A stretch of 64,000 nt of DNA from an uncultured Nitrospiraceae bacterium (lineage in GTDB: Bacteria > Nitrospirota > Thermodesulfovibrionia > Thermodesulfovibrionales > UBA6898), in NCBI GenBank assembly GCA_963811165.1, contig CAWEQH010000004.1, positions 672,001-736,000 of the forward strand, in the 5' to 3' direction. Positions within the stretch are counted from its first letter, which is position 1, and every line of letters begins with the position of its first letter. The notes below the pieces were generated by a model. It made no database searches. It was not told where the DNA came from and saw only the letters and a list, made by a program, of their open reading frames with translations. Positions 49,892 through 59,347 of the stretch are shown here, piece by piece. Position numbers and translations under genes: made by a program.

Positions 49892-50899
49892 TTAGTATCC
49901 TTCGAGTGTAAAAGACGTAAAGACCATCGGTACCAATGTGATCAAAACAAAGACCGTGAGGCAGACTATTGAGACGAGCGCCCATCTCCGCTGTACCCCC
50001 GGGACCAGGCCCGAAAGGGTCCCTATCTTCCTGAACGGCTCGATGACCCCTGTCATCGCCCCGAAGAAGCTTCCGGCAAAAAGGGAGAAGTAGAGCGGAT
50101 ATCCTGAGTAATAATATTCCGATTGAAGCATATCAAAAGGGCAGTGGTGAGTAGGGACCTGGTAGAAATAGAGCGAGATGAAAGAGATTATCGAGGCGAT
50201 CGATATGACGAAGAAGGCCGAAGACAAAATCGAAAAAGGGATAACGAACAGTTTGCGCGCCGATTTCATCACCGCCAGGCCAAAAGCGACCACCAAGACA
50301 AAAGAACCGAAGAAGAGGGCCTCTGTCTGCCTGACGGGCAGCGAGGCCAGGGAACTGCCGATACTCGTTCCGCCTTCGCTGAAGAGTACGCCGCAACAGG
50401 AAGTGATGACGTCAGGGTTTAAACTGCCGAAATAAAGTATCTGAAGGACGTAGCCGGCAAGGGCGAACGGGATGATGAAGAGCAAAAGCCTGTATTTTTT
50501 TTTTGTAAGGGGATAATCTTCGGCCCGGTTGTCGAGACTGTCCATGGCTATCCACGCGGATGCGAGAAAGAAGATTGCGATCTTTACGTAAAGCGCCGGG
50601 AATCCGAAGGAGTTCGCGTTTAAAGAACCGGTGGCGCACATCGCGCCGACCAGCAGGTTATGCAGGTCGTCTGCGGTATAGACGAAGAGGAAGGTCGAGA
50701 CTATCTCAAAGGCCAGTCCGTATCTGAGGAGGGTCGAGACAAGGTAGGTCTTTCTTTCGAGCGCCAGTTGCTTCTCGGAACTGCTTCCAATGTCCCACCT
50801 CCTTAGGATTGTTACTCCGAGACCGGCCGCGTAAGTAAGAAGCAGGAGCGTAATTCCCGAACCCAGGAGCAGGGCGATAATGCCGGGATGGAGTATCAT
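49892..50899 (-). CDS. Polytopic membrane protein with Cys/His motifs, NosL-ABC cluster
   Basis: Many TM segments, motifs GAMCATG, TSCCG, THHCPF. ATG at 50899. Confidence 0.8.
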   Translation of the reverse strand: MILHPGIIALLLGSGITLLLLTYAAGLGVTILRRWDIGSSSEKQLALERKTYLVSTLLRYGLAFEIVSTFLFVYTADDLHNLLVGAMCATGSLNANSFGFPALYVKIAIFFLASAWIAMDSLDNRAEDYPLTKKKYRLLLFIIPFALAGYVLQILYFGSLNPDVITSCCGVLFSEGGTSIGSSLASLPVRQTEALFFGSFVLVVAFGLAVMKSARKLFVIPFSILSSAFFVISIASIISFISLYFYQVPTHHCPFDMLQSEYYYSGYPLYFSLFAGSFFGAMTGVIEPFRKIGTLSGLVPGVQRRWALVSIVCLTVFVLITLVPMVFTSFTLEGY

Positions 50900-50901
50900 C
50901 C

Positions 50902-51597
50902 CTATCTCCTTAAGACGCTCTTGACCATCCCGTCGCGCATCTCGACGGTGAGGGTGACGTATTCGTGTTCGAACACGAGCGGGTCGTGCGAGGCGATTAC
51001 GACCGTCTTCCCTCTGTCCCATAATTCTTTCATAATACCCATATAATCCCGTGAGAGCGCAGTATCGAGATGGGCGGTCGGCTCATCGGCAAGCACCACT
51101 TCCGGATCATTTATCAGCGCCCTGGCGATCGCGGTCCTCTGCTGTTCGCCGCCTGAAAGGCCCTGCACCGGGAAGTCTTTCCGTTTGGACATTCCGAGTC
51201 CCTCAAGTATGCCTTCGGCCTTTTTCCGGAGCACGGAAACGTTTGTGTCCGTAGGATAAAGGGGCACCATGACGTTTTGAAGTACGGACAGCCCCTGTAT
51301 AAGATGAAACTGCTGGAAGATAAAACCGAAGGTCTTTCGCCTGATGTCGGTAAGGAACCTTTCAGGCAGGTGAGAGATGTCTCTTTCTTTGAGTGTGATC
51401 GAGCCGGAAGTCGGGCGGGTCATGCAGCCGATGAGGGAAAGGAGGGTCGTCTTGCCCGATCCGCTCGGACCCTTGATGACCGCAAAGTCTCCCCGGTCGA
51501 TGTCGATAGTGACGCTGTTTACCGCAAGCGCCTCATTGGCTTTGCCCTTGTTGTAGTATTTCGTGAGGCTTTCCGTTTTTATTATGGTTTTGTTCAT
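50902..51597 (-). CDS. ABC transporter ATPase (LolD/MacB type)
   Basis: GPSGSGKTT, FIFQQF, LSGGEQQR, ADEPT, SHD. Confidence 0.92.
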   Translation of the reverse strand: MNKTIIKTESLTKYYNKGKANEALAVNSVTIDIDRGDFAVIKGPSGSGKTTLLSLIGCMTRPTSGSITLKERDISHLPERFLTDIRRKTFGFIFQQFHLIQGLSVLQNVMVPLYPTDTNVSVLRKKAEGILEGLGMSKRKDFPVQGLSGGEQQRTAIARALINDPEVVLADEPTAHLDTALSRDYMGIMKELWDRGKTVVIASHDPLVFEHEYVTLTVEMRDGMVKSVLRR

Positions 51598-51660
51598 GGA
51601 TTTGGTTCTTTGCCTTATTTCTTTTTATCTTTTCGATTCACTTTTCACGACTCACGTTTT

Positions 51661-52833
51661 TCAGCCCCTCACCACTTCGTCCGGATCAGTGATCGCCGAC
51701 TTCCAGGAAGGTATGATCGTAGAAGCGATATAAGGGATGACGGTCAGCGCCATCAGCATCACGATCTGATAAGGGTCGATGAAAGGGGTGAGCCTGAAAT
51801 CCGGATAGATTACGGACCATCCTTTCAGGGCCGGAGCGAAGATGGAAGCCCCGAAGAAGTAGACATGCAGGTACGCAAATATTACCCCCATGAGAAAGGA
51901 CGAAAGCGAGATGACGAGACCCTCCCAGAATTTCATCTCGAGTATGTCGGAGGTCTCCCATCCTATGGCCTTAAGGATGCCTATTTCTTTTTTCTCCTCT
52001 GCGCTCAGGCCCGATGCCTTGTCCCACGCAAGGATGATAAACGCAACGAGCGCCCCGGCAAAGAGGGTCACGATCAGCCCCGACCTCCAGCCAAAGACCG
52101 CATCGTAGGTGCGTATGATCTCCTTCCTGAGAATCGGCCTTGTGTCGGGGAACTCTGCCCTGATCTTTCCGGCGATGACCGGCGCCTCGGCCTCATTGCT
52201 TACCGAGACCGCAAGGTCGGTGGCCATTCCCTTGGGCATACCGAACAACTTTACGACATCGGGTTGGCTGATCACGAGAAGGTCTGCGGTGAGAAGTTCG
52301 GACTCGGATTCGAAGATGCCGATGACCTGGAAGTCCATGAGATCACCTGAAGAGGAAAGAAGAGAGATAGTGCCGCCCAGGTCTACGAACCTTACCTTCG
52401 CTACCCCCCTGCCCACGGCCGCAACGCCTGTTTCGTCTTTCCCGGGCAGCCGTCCCCTTAGCATGCGGTTGTTCGCCGAAACCGCTGTGGAGGCGGCAAC
52501 GATCGTATAATTCGCCTTTACGAGCGTATCATAATAATATCCCCAGTAATGGGGTTCGACAGAGGATACACCGGGGACTCCTTCAATATATTTGGCGATC
52601 TTTACAGGGATTAGCTCGTGCCGTCCCGCGGACATCCTCTGGACGATCAACTCCGGCGAGCCCTTCAATATAAGCAGGGCCTCGCGCTTGAAGGAATAGG
52701 AAAGGAATAGTATCGAGCCCGTGATGAAGACGATGAATGTAAATACCAGGATAATGCCTGCGTTTTTGAACTTTCTTCTTAGAAGCGACTGGAGCGTAAA
52801 GTCCAGGACGTTGACGTGGCTGTTGAGGCTCAT
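51661..52833 (-). CDS. ABC transporter permease (FtsX/LolE/MacB type)
   Basis: One TM, large periplasmic loop, three TMs, KKEIGILKAIGW. Confidence 0.88.
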   Translation of the reverse strand: MSLNSHVNVLDFTLQSLLRRKFKNAGIILVFTFIVFITGSILFLSYSFKREALLILKGSPELIVQRMSAGRHELIPVKIAKYIEGVPGVSSVEPHYWGYYYDTLVKANYTIVAASTAVSANNRMLRGRLPGKDETGVAAVGRGVAKVRFVDLGGTISLLSSSGDLMDFQVIGIFESESELLTADLLVISQPDVVKLFGMPKGMATDLAVSVSNEAEAPVIAGKIRAEFPDTRPILRKEIIRTYDAVFGWRSGLIVTLFAGALVAFIILAWDKASGLSAEEKKEIGILKAIGWETSDILEMKFWEGLVISLSSFLMGVIFAYLHVYFFGASIFAPALKGWSVIYPDFRLTPFIDPYQIVMLMALTVIPYIASTIIPSWKSAITDPDEVVRG

Positions 52834-53147
52834 CGGCCTTTCACTTTCATCTCGGTGCCCAGAAGACTGAAATCCGGAGGTGGCGTGACAGAACCTGAAG
52901 GGAAATGTTCTATCGAGCCGGGGTAGTCCTGAAATGCCGAGAAGAGGTCCGCCTGCGAGGGGTTCCTCGTGTAACGGGCATCGTTTGTAAAGGAGAGGTC
53001 CGTCAGTTTGAGTGCCGAGGTGATCTCATTAAGATCGCGGCCTTCACTTAGGAACCTCGATACGGATACCGCGGAAGTCGCCGCCAGAAAAGAGATCGTC
53101 AGCAGGCAGATCAGAATAAAAAAGAAAAAGACGCGCGATTTGCGCAA
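52830..53147 (-). CDS. Small membrane-anchored hypothetical protein
   Basis: N-terminal TM, LTDL...ARYTR.PSQAD..S.FQD.P...EHFPSGS. Coupled between nosL and the permease. Confidence 0.7.
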   Translation of the reverse strand: MRKSRVFFFFILICLLTISFLAATSAVSVSRFLSEGRDLNEITSALKLTDLSFTNDARYTRNPSQADLFSAFQDYPGSIEHFPSGSVTPPPDFSLLGTEMKVKGR

Positions 53148-53633
53148 TTACTGTAGGTCCTCCTTCCTTACCTCATCGAACCTCAGCATCTTTTTGCCGT
53201 GGTGGTCCTTCATGAACTCCTTCGCCTTCCCGATTGATTCGACAGGGACCAGCTCAACACCCATTGGACCGTTAACGTCGCTGCCCTGAATGAAGAAGAG
53301 TTTCCTGGCGTCGGCAAGCTTGGCAGAGTAATATTCGGTCACATACATCGCGTCGATGTCCGCCTGTTTCTTTGAGGGGTTATACTTGGCAAGGTTGAAA
53401 TAGTACCTGAACATGTCCTTCGGGCCGTCGAAGAAGGCATAGGTCCCGTCGGTAAAAATGATCTGAGAGATCCAGTTGGGGTACCCCGCGACCAGCATGC
53501 CGCATACCTGGCATTTGTCGCTCTTTTTCACCTCGACCGGCTTCCTCTGCGCAGCCTGCGTCACCCCACAGATAGAAAGAAGCGCCGCAGCCGCTACCAT
53601 GAACCCCGAGATAAATTTCACTGTTTTTCCCAT
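53148..53633 (-). CDS. nosL: NosL family copper-binding accessory protein
   Basis: CQVCGM, FFDGPKDM, GSDV.GPMG.EL, F..DH.G. Confidence 0.85.
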   Translation of the reverse strand: MGKTVKFISGFMVAAAALLSICGVTQAAQRKPVEVKKSDKCQVCGMLVAGYPNWISQIIFTDGTYAFFDGPKDMFRYYFNLAKYNPSKKQADIDAMYVTEYYSAKLADARKLFFIQGSDVNGPMGVELVPVESIGKAKEFMKDHHGKKMLRFDEVRKEDLQ

Positions 53634-53825
53634 GATGCCTCCTTCTCTAAAGAGATGAATATGGTCGTAGTCATAATTCCAGGACAGTTAATATTATATA
53701 TCATGATTTGACGTCGATGTCTCAATAAAGATGAAATCGTTTTAAAAAAGGATTTTCTATGGTAAAATAACCGAAACTTTAGGATATTTGGCAGCTTCCC
53801 AGCCGCCGTGAGGAGAAAGTGGACT

Positions 53826-55562
53826 ATGAAAATATCAGGCGCGGAAATATTCATAGAATGTCTTAAGAAGGAGGGCGTGAAGTATCTGTTTGGCTACCCC
53901 GGCGGCGTTGTCCTTAATATATTCGATTACCTCCATGATGAAAAAGAGCTTCAGCTCATCCTGACAAGGCACGAACAGGGAGCAGTCCATGCCGCCGACG
54001 GCTATGCAAGGGCGACCGGAAAGGCCGGTGTGGTGCTGGTAACCTCAGGGCCCGGCGCGACAAATACAGTCACCGGGATCGCTACCGCATCGATGGATTC
54101 AATACCGCTCGTCATCTTTTCGGGACAGGTGCCGACGATGCTTATCGGCAATGATGCGTTCCAGGAGGCCGACATAGTCGGGATCACGAGGCCCTGCACG
54201 AAATACAATTATCTGGTCAAAGATGTGAACGAGCTCTCGACGATCATCAAAGAGGCCTTCTATATCGCAACGACCGGCAGGCCGGGGCCTGTCCTCATCG
54301 ACCTTCCGAAGGACGTTACGACGGCGAAGGCGGACTTTGTCTGGCCTGAGTCGGTCAATATGAGGACTTATAAGCCGACCTACGAGGGCAACCGCTACAT
54401 GATAAGCCAGGCGGCGCATATGATCGCCAAGGCCAAAAAACCCGTTTTTGTCGGGGGTGGCGGGGTGATCAGTTCGGGTGCGGCAAAGGAACTGAAGGAA
54501 CTTGCAGAATATGCCGAGATACCGGTTACGATGACCCTGATGGGTCTCGGCGGTTTTCCCGGCAGTCACAAGCTTTCGCTCGGAATGCCCGGCATGCACG
54601 GTACGTATTATGCAAACAAGGCGATACAGGAGTCCGATCTCCTCGTTGCAATAGGTATGCGCTTCGACGACCGGGTCACCGGCAAGATCAGCGCCTTTGC
54701 CCCTAATGCCAAGATAGTCCATATAGATATCGACCCTACGTCCATCAAAAAGAACGTGCGCGTCGATGTTCCGATAGTAGGCGATGTAAAAAAGGTTCTC
54801 CAGGCCATGAGCAAAGTCCTCAAAGAAGAAGTCAAGGAGCAGTGGCAGGAGGTGAGAAAGGCGTGGCTCAAACAGATAAGCGCCTGGAAGGCTGAAAGAC
54901 CGATGTCTTATGAAAAGGGCACGGACATCATAAAGCCCCAGTATGTCGTCGAAAAGATAAATGAGCTTACGAAAGGCGATGCGATAATTTGCACTGAGGT
55001 CGGACAGAACCAGATGTGGACCGCACAGTTTTACAAGTTCGATAAACCCCGCACACTCCTTACTTCCGGGGGGCTTGGAACAATGGGGTATGGCTTCCCT
55101 GCAGCGTTGGGCGCGCAGTTTGCCTTCCCGAACAAACTGGTCATCGACATTGCCGGCGACGGGAGCATCCAGATGAACATACAGGAACTGGCCACTGCGG
55201 TCATCAACAAACTTCCGGTCAAGGTCGCGATACTTAATAACAGGTTTCTGGGGATGGTGAGACAGTGGCAGGAACTTTTCTTCAAGGAGAGGTACGCGCA
55301 TACGAAACTCGAGGAGACGATACCCGACTTCGTCAAGATCGCCGAGGCCTACGGAGCGGTCGGACTGAGGGCGACAAAAAGCTCCGAAGTGGAGCCTGTC
55401 CTTAAGGAGGCGTTCAGCATCAGGCGGCCGGTCTTTATGGATTTCGTCATCGACTGGAAGGAGAAGGTCTACCCGATGGTCCCTGCCGGCGCTGCGATCG
55501 ACGAGATGCTCTTCCGCGAAGAAGAGAAAAAGTCCGAGAAGAAACTGAGGGCGGTCAAGTAA
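53826..55562 (+). CDS. ilvB: Acetolactate synthase large subunit
   Basis: FGYPGG, RHEQGA, TSGPGATN, RFDDRVTG, GDGSIQMN, GMVRQWQ. Confidence 0.96.
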   Translation: MKISGAEIFIECLKKEGVKYLFGYPGGVVLNIFDYLHDEKELQLILTRHEQGAVHAADGYARATGKAGVVLVTSGPGATNTVTGIATASMDSIPLVIFSGQVPTMLIGNDAFQEADIVGITRPCTKYNYLVKDVNELSTIIKEAFYIATTGRPGPVLIDLPKDVTTAKADFVWPESVNMRTYKPTYEGNRYMISQAAHMIAKAKKPVFVGGGGVISSGAAKELKELAEYAEIPVTMTLMGLGGFPGSHKLSLGMPGMHGTYYANKAIQESDLLVAIGMRFDDRVTGKISAFAPNAKIVHIDIDPTSIKKNVRVDVPIVGDVKKVLQAMSKVLKEEVKEQWQEVRKAWLKQISAWKAERPMSYEKGTDIIKPQYVVEKINELTKGDAIICTEVGQNQMWTAQFYKFDKPRTLLTSGGLGTMGYGFPAALGAQFAFPNKLVIDIAGDGSIQMNIQELATAVINKLPVKVAILNNRFLGMVRQWQELFFKERYAHTKLEETIPDFVKIAEAYGAVGLRATKSSEVEPVLKEAFSIRRPVFMDFVIDWKEKVYPMVPAGAAIDEMLFREEEKKSEKKLRAVK

Positions 55563-55611
55563 AACGGATACCCCCTTTCGGGGGGATTAAAGAGGGTTAT
55601 AGAGGAGAGCT

Positions 55612-56100
55612 ATGAGACACACAATATCGATACTCGTTGAGAATAAATTCGGCGTGCTTTCCAGGATTTCAGGCCTGTTCAGCGGAAGGGGATACAACAT
55701 AGAAAGCCTCTCCGTCGGCGAGACGATAGACCCGCAGGTCTCGGTCATGACGATCGTGACGGTCGGAGACGACTGGATCATAGAGCAGATCACGAAACAG
55801 CTTAACAAGCTCATAGACGTGATCAAGGTAGTGGACATGACCGAACTCGACCATGTCGAGCGGGAGATGGTGCTCATAAAAGTCGCCCCCCGGCAGGAGG
55901 ACAAGGCGGAGGTCCTTAGGCTTGCCGAGATCTTCAGGGGCAGGGTGATCGACTCGAGCCAAAAGACCTATACTATAGAGATCACCGGGGAAGAAAAAAA
56001 GATAGAGGCCCTCGTAGAGCTCCTTAAGCCTATGGGGATCAAGGAATTCGTAAGGACCGGCAAGATCGCGATCGCAAGGGAAGGCACCAAGAAGCCGTAA
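55612..56100 (+). CDS. ilvN: Acetolactate synthase small subunit
   Basis: ACT domain [32 protein letters not shown]. Confidence 0.95.
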   Translation: MRHTISILVENKFGVLSRISGLFSGRGYNIESLSVGETIDPQVSVMTIVTVGDDWIIEQITKQLNKLIDVIKVVDMTELDHVEREMVLIKVAPRQEDKAEVLRLAEIFRGRVIDSSQKTYTIEITGEEKKIEALVELLKPMGIKEFVRTGKIAIAREGTKKP

Positions 56101-56143
56101 GGTTAACGGACACGGTTATCTCCCTTTTTGACCTGTGCTAGGT

Positions 56144-56485
56144 CTACCGCGCCCTGGCCCCGGGATAGGTGCCTTTCTTTGTTACCGGGCAGCAAGGCGG
56201 GGCAGGCAATTCCTCTTTATATTCTCTGTCGATCAGGGCGATAAGGTCGGGTATCATCGGGTCCTTAAGAAAATAGCATTTCAATCTTCCGTCTACAAAA
56301 AAATCGATCAGCCCGTACCTTCTCATGAGGGAAAGATGCTGGGAAACATTCGGCTGGCGAATATCGAGGAACTCTTCAAAATCGCTTACGCACTTCACCC
56401 CTTCTCTCAGTTCTCTAAGAATCTTGATCCTTACAGGGTGGGCGATGACTTTCAGCACCTCTGTTTTCCTGTCTATCTCGGTCAT
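56144..56485 (-). CDS. ArsR/SmtB family regulator with C-terminal PPCCP tail (TsoR-like)
   Basis: LKVIAHPVRIKIL, KCVSD, QPNVSQHL HTH, four Cys in total. Confidence 0.88.
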   Translation of the reverse strand: MTEIDRKTEVLKVIAHPVRIKILRELREGVKCVSDFEEFLDIRQPNVSQHLSLMRRYGLIDFFVDGRLKCYFLKDPMIPDLIALIDREYKEELPAPPCCPVTKKGTYPGARAR

Positions 56486-56659
56486 AGTAACTCCTTAGCG
56501 CCTCTTAATAATAATTAATGAAGAGGGACGTTATCAATAACAAAGTGGTAGCTGCGTCCGTCCTTTGTGAGGATGTTGTGACGCGAACAAGGACTTTGCG
56601 GACAGCGCTCGCCAGTTTGGATGCGCTTCCCGGTTTTCCGATTTTTCGCATGCCTTTTT

Positions 56660-57850
56660 TCAGTACGGCCAGTTGCTCAGACCATGCTTCATCTTGTAGA
56701 GAAAGTACCGTTCAAACGATGCCTTGAGCCATTTCACCCAGACACCTTTTCTCGTATACGACTCTTGCCTCGGCGGAAGGGCGGGTGCCGCCTTCATAAT
56801 GGCGCCGGTATGCCCCATGTCCATGAGACAGACGACATCGATATCGGCTGCGGCAGGCGGAGACGTCCCTCTGATGTCTGAGACAATCGTCGCAGCAGCG
56901 GTCTTCGCCATCTTTACCGTCATGAAGCCGGTCTTTGGGACGCCGACAGGAACGGGTGTCGGTTCCGGAGGAGCTATGGCCATAGTCACTCCGACGGCGA
57001 AGATATTCCTGTATTTCGTGTGCCGGTAGTTTTTGTCAACGGGGATGAACCCTCTGGGATTGCCGAGCGGCGCAACAGCGGGAACACCCTTGAAAGGGGG
57101 TGCTATCATGGCGAGGTTGAAGGGTATTTTTGAGCCGTCCTTGAGCCTTATTTCTCCCGGCGCCACCTCCTGAATAGACTGGCTTGTTAATGGCTTTATG
57201 TCCCGCTCCGCAAATTCGTCCTCCATCAACCTCTTCGATTTTCCGAGACCGCCGATTCCCATATGGCCCAGGTAAGGCTCTGACGTCAGGTAGAGAATTG
57301 GTACCTCGTGGCGCATCTTCCTTCTTCGGAGTTCGGCATCCATCTCGAAGGCGAGCTCGTAGGATGGTCCGAAACAGCTCACCATCTGGGCGGAGCCGAC
57401 GACGACCGGCCCGGGCGTTTCGATAATCTTTCTCCAGCTCTGCGCGGTTCTTACCGCGTGGGCGAGCGTGAACGTGCAGTCTGTGTGCCCTTTGTCGGGT
57501 CCCAGTCCGGGTATCTCTTCGAATGAAAGATAAGGGCCGGTGGAGATGACAAGAAAGTCATAGGCCGTCTCCCCCGCCGCTGTAAGGACTTTGCCTGAGT
57601 CAGGGTCCACCTGTTTTGCCGCTTCATGGATAAAATTTATCCCCTTCGGTCTAAGTATCTCGCTGACTTTAAGGGTTATGTCTTCCGGCTTCCTCCAGCC
57701 CATGATAAGCCAGGGAAGAGAAGGCAGGAATATAAATCTGTCATCATCGCTGATGACGGTTATATCAACACCCTTGCCAAGCAGCCTTTTCAACTCTAGA
57801 GCCGCTGTCAGACCTCCAAAAGAACCTCCCAGGACAACTATCTTCGCCAT
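56660..57850 (-). CDS. sqr: Sulfide:quinone oxidoreductase-like flavoprotein
   Basis: GGSFGG FAD motif, F.PSLPW, SCFGPSYE (catalytic Cys), VGVPKTG, VCLMDMG (second Cys), K..FERYFL. Confidence 0.85.
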   Translation of the reverse strand: MAKIVVLGGSFGGLTAALELKRLLGKGVDITVISDDDRFIFLPSLPWLIMGWRKPEDITLKVSEILRPKGINFIHEAAKQVDPDSGKVLTAAGETAYDFLVISTGPYLSFEEIPGLGPDKGHTDCTFTLAHAVRTAQSWRKIIETPGPVVVGSAQMVSCFGPSYELAFEMDAELRRRKMRHEVPILYLTSEPYLGHMGIGGLGKSKRLMEDEFAERDIKPLTSQSIQEVAPGEIRLKDGSKIPFNLAMIAPPFKGVPAVAPLGNPRGFIPVDKNYRHTKYRNIFAVGVTMAIAPPEPTPVPVGVPKTGFMTVKMAKTAAATIVSDIRGTSPPAAADIDVVCLMDMGHTGAIMKAAPALPPRQESYTRKGVWVKWLKASFERYFLYKMKHGLSNWPY

Positions 57851-57942
57851 GATACCTCCCTTTGCTATAGTGATGAGAAGCGAGCCGGATGCTATGTAAT
57901 TTTTTTCTCATACCCTGTCACTCGCAGCTTTCCGCGCCTCCT

Positions 57943-58230
57943 TCAAAACATTCCGATAACCTTATCGCTTTCCGTCATAAGATCAACGAGACTATCGTAA
58001 TTAATGACCTTAATGTCTCTGTACTCACCACTGCCTTTTATGCCGCGCAATTCTTTGTCATCTTCAAGAACATATGCCTTCCCGGCAAACCCCGAGTCTT
58101 CCAGATTCGGTCCCTCGATAAAATAAACCCCGTTTTGCAAAAGGACGATATCCGAGTGCATCTGACAGGAGAGTCTTACGCCCCTTTTCCCCTCCGGTGT
58201 ATCAGGACCGCTTTTTATGAAAACAATCAT
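57943..58230 (-). CDS. DsrH/TusB family sulfur relay protein
   Basis: VLLQNGVY, VLEDD..LRG, INYD.LVDL. Confidence 0.85.
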   Translation of the reverse strand: MIVFIKSGPDTPEGKRGVRLSCQMHSDIVLLQNGVYFIEGPNLEDSGFAGKAYVLEDDKELRGIKGSGEYRDIKVINYDSLVDLMTESDKVIGMF

Positions 58231-58264
58231 AGTGCCTCCTCAAGTTCAACTTCTTGGTACCCAA

Positions 58265-58618
58265 CTAAAAAATCATTGTGATCTCAGAATCGCTGAGCGC
58301 ATCCGCAATCTCGGAGCCATCTGAGAAAATAATCCCTTCAACCATGTCATCTGTGCGAAGATGAGCGTTTATCATAGAAACGTTATCAGCGTAAACAGAA
58401 ACGCCCATATCGATACAATCCCTGATGCCGTCTTCCGCGCTCAGATAACTGGTGCCCGATATGTCCTGACCTTTCCGGGCAACGTGCACTCCATTGTCTA
58501 ATAGGATGAGCTTCACATCCATATCTTCGGTCTTCCCGCCAAGGGCGTGCCGTATCGCCTCAGCGGCTTCCACAGAGCCATAGGGCGGCCTTCTCAAGAT
58601 GATACTGATGCCTTTCAT
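58265..58618 (-). CDS. DsrF/TusC-like (DsrE superfamily) protein
   Basis: RRPPYGS..A.EA.R, L..NGV..A.KGQ. Lies between dsrE and dsrH. Confidence 0.82.
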   Translation of the reverse strand: MKGISIILRRPPYGSVEAAEAIRHALGGKTEDMDVKLILLDNGVHVARKGQDISGTSYLSAEDGIRDCIDMGVSVYADNVSMINAHLRTDDMVEGIIFSDGSEIADALSDSEITMIF

Positions 58619-58626
58619 CTTTCCTC

Positions 58627-58971
58627 CTATACCCCGAGATTCAAAAATATCGGTTTTGATTTGATTACGTTGAAGAGACCTTTCAGGGAACTCATCTGTC
58701 CGCCTTCTATAGAGTCTTCAGCCGCAAGACCGCGGCCCTGCATACAGCCCGTTCAGATGTCTACCTTCAGTCCTCTTCCTACAAGGTCTTCCAATGCCGC
58801 GAGAGATTTTGGGACCTGGCCTTTCACGACCGAAAAGACACCGTCTCCTGAGGCGATAAGCCGCACTTTATGGCCTTTTTTCAGAGCGGCGTCCGCAAGC
58901 ATCAGGATGGTGTGGGTGTTTTCAAAACTATACGGTGTCGTTGAAAAGAACAATGCTATCTCTTTTTGCAT
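58627..58971 (-). CDS. Selenocysteine-containing DsrE/TusD family protein (UxxC)
   Basis: ORF 58753..58971 (TTPY, GDGV, KGQ) stops at TGA 58753-55, but the frame continues TGCMQGRGL...LNLGV-TAG(58627). This gives a full 114-aa DsrE with U at the active-site Cys, ending at the RBS of the next gene. Confidence 0.88.
58720..58737 (-). promoter_or_regulatory. SECIS-like hairpin of the DsrE selenoprotein
   Basis: GGCCGCG-GTCT-TGCGGCT, 15 nt after TGA, with GGUC at the apex. Confidence 0.75.
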
Positions 58972-58986
58972 GCCGTCTCCCTCTCT

Positions 58987-59253
58987 TTATGGCAGATGCT
59001 CTGTTCTGCCCATCTCCTGAATGATTGCGGATTTGAGCTCCGCAATAGATACATCCTGACCCTTGAATACAATAGTGTCATTGATCGCAACCGAAGGAAA
59101 AATGTTTAATAATCTCCGGCTCCTGAAAGACATCTCAGGCTTTTTGATAATTTCTACGTCGAAGGTATATTTTCTGGATAGTTCCGTGACCACGGATTGA
59201 ATATTCGTTCACCGCTTTCCGGGCGGATCATTGAAATAAAGGGTGATGGTCAT
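58987..59253 (-). CDS. Small thioredoxin-fold selenoprotein, NDPPGKRU motif (TsoC-like)
   Basis: GAGGAG and ATG at 59253: MTITLYFNDPPGKR-TGA(59209-11)-TNIQSVVTELS... in frame with ORF 58987..59193. It has the cis-Pro motif FPSVAIND...F.G. 88 aa. Confidence 0.85.
59183..59196 (-). promoter_or_regulatory. SECIS-like hairpin of the TsoC-like gene
   Basis: TCCGT-GGTC-ACGGA, 12 nt after TGA. Confidence 0.78.
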
Positions 59254-59321
59254 TGCGGCGCGCTCCTCACTGGATGGGTAATAATCTTTAGAATTTCTAC
59301 TCTGTTCCCCTTTGAAAGCAC
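59250..59321 (-). pseudogene. 23-aa N-terminal remnant of an ArsR-family gene (or leader peptide)
   Basis: AGAGGAG and GTG: MLSKGNRVEILKIITHPVRSAPQ aligns with DRKTEVLKVIAHPVR of ArsR 56144..56485. Its stop overlaps the next ATG. Confidence 0.65.
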
Positions 59322-59347
59322 TGTTTTTTTCTCCTCTAATTCATGCT

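Noticed and set aside
58627..59253. Treating the TGA-interrupted genes as pseudogenes
   Set aside because: Both TGAs fall at predicted redox-active positions, are followed by SECIS-like hairpins, and the frames are otherwise intact.
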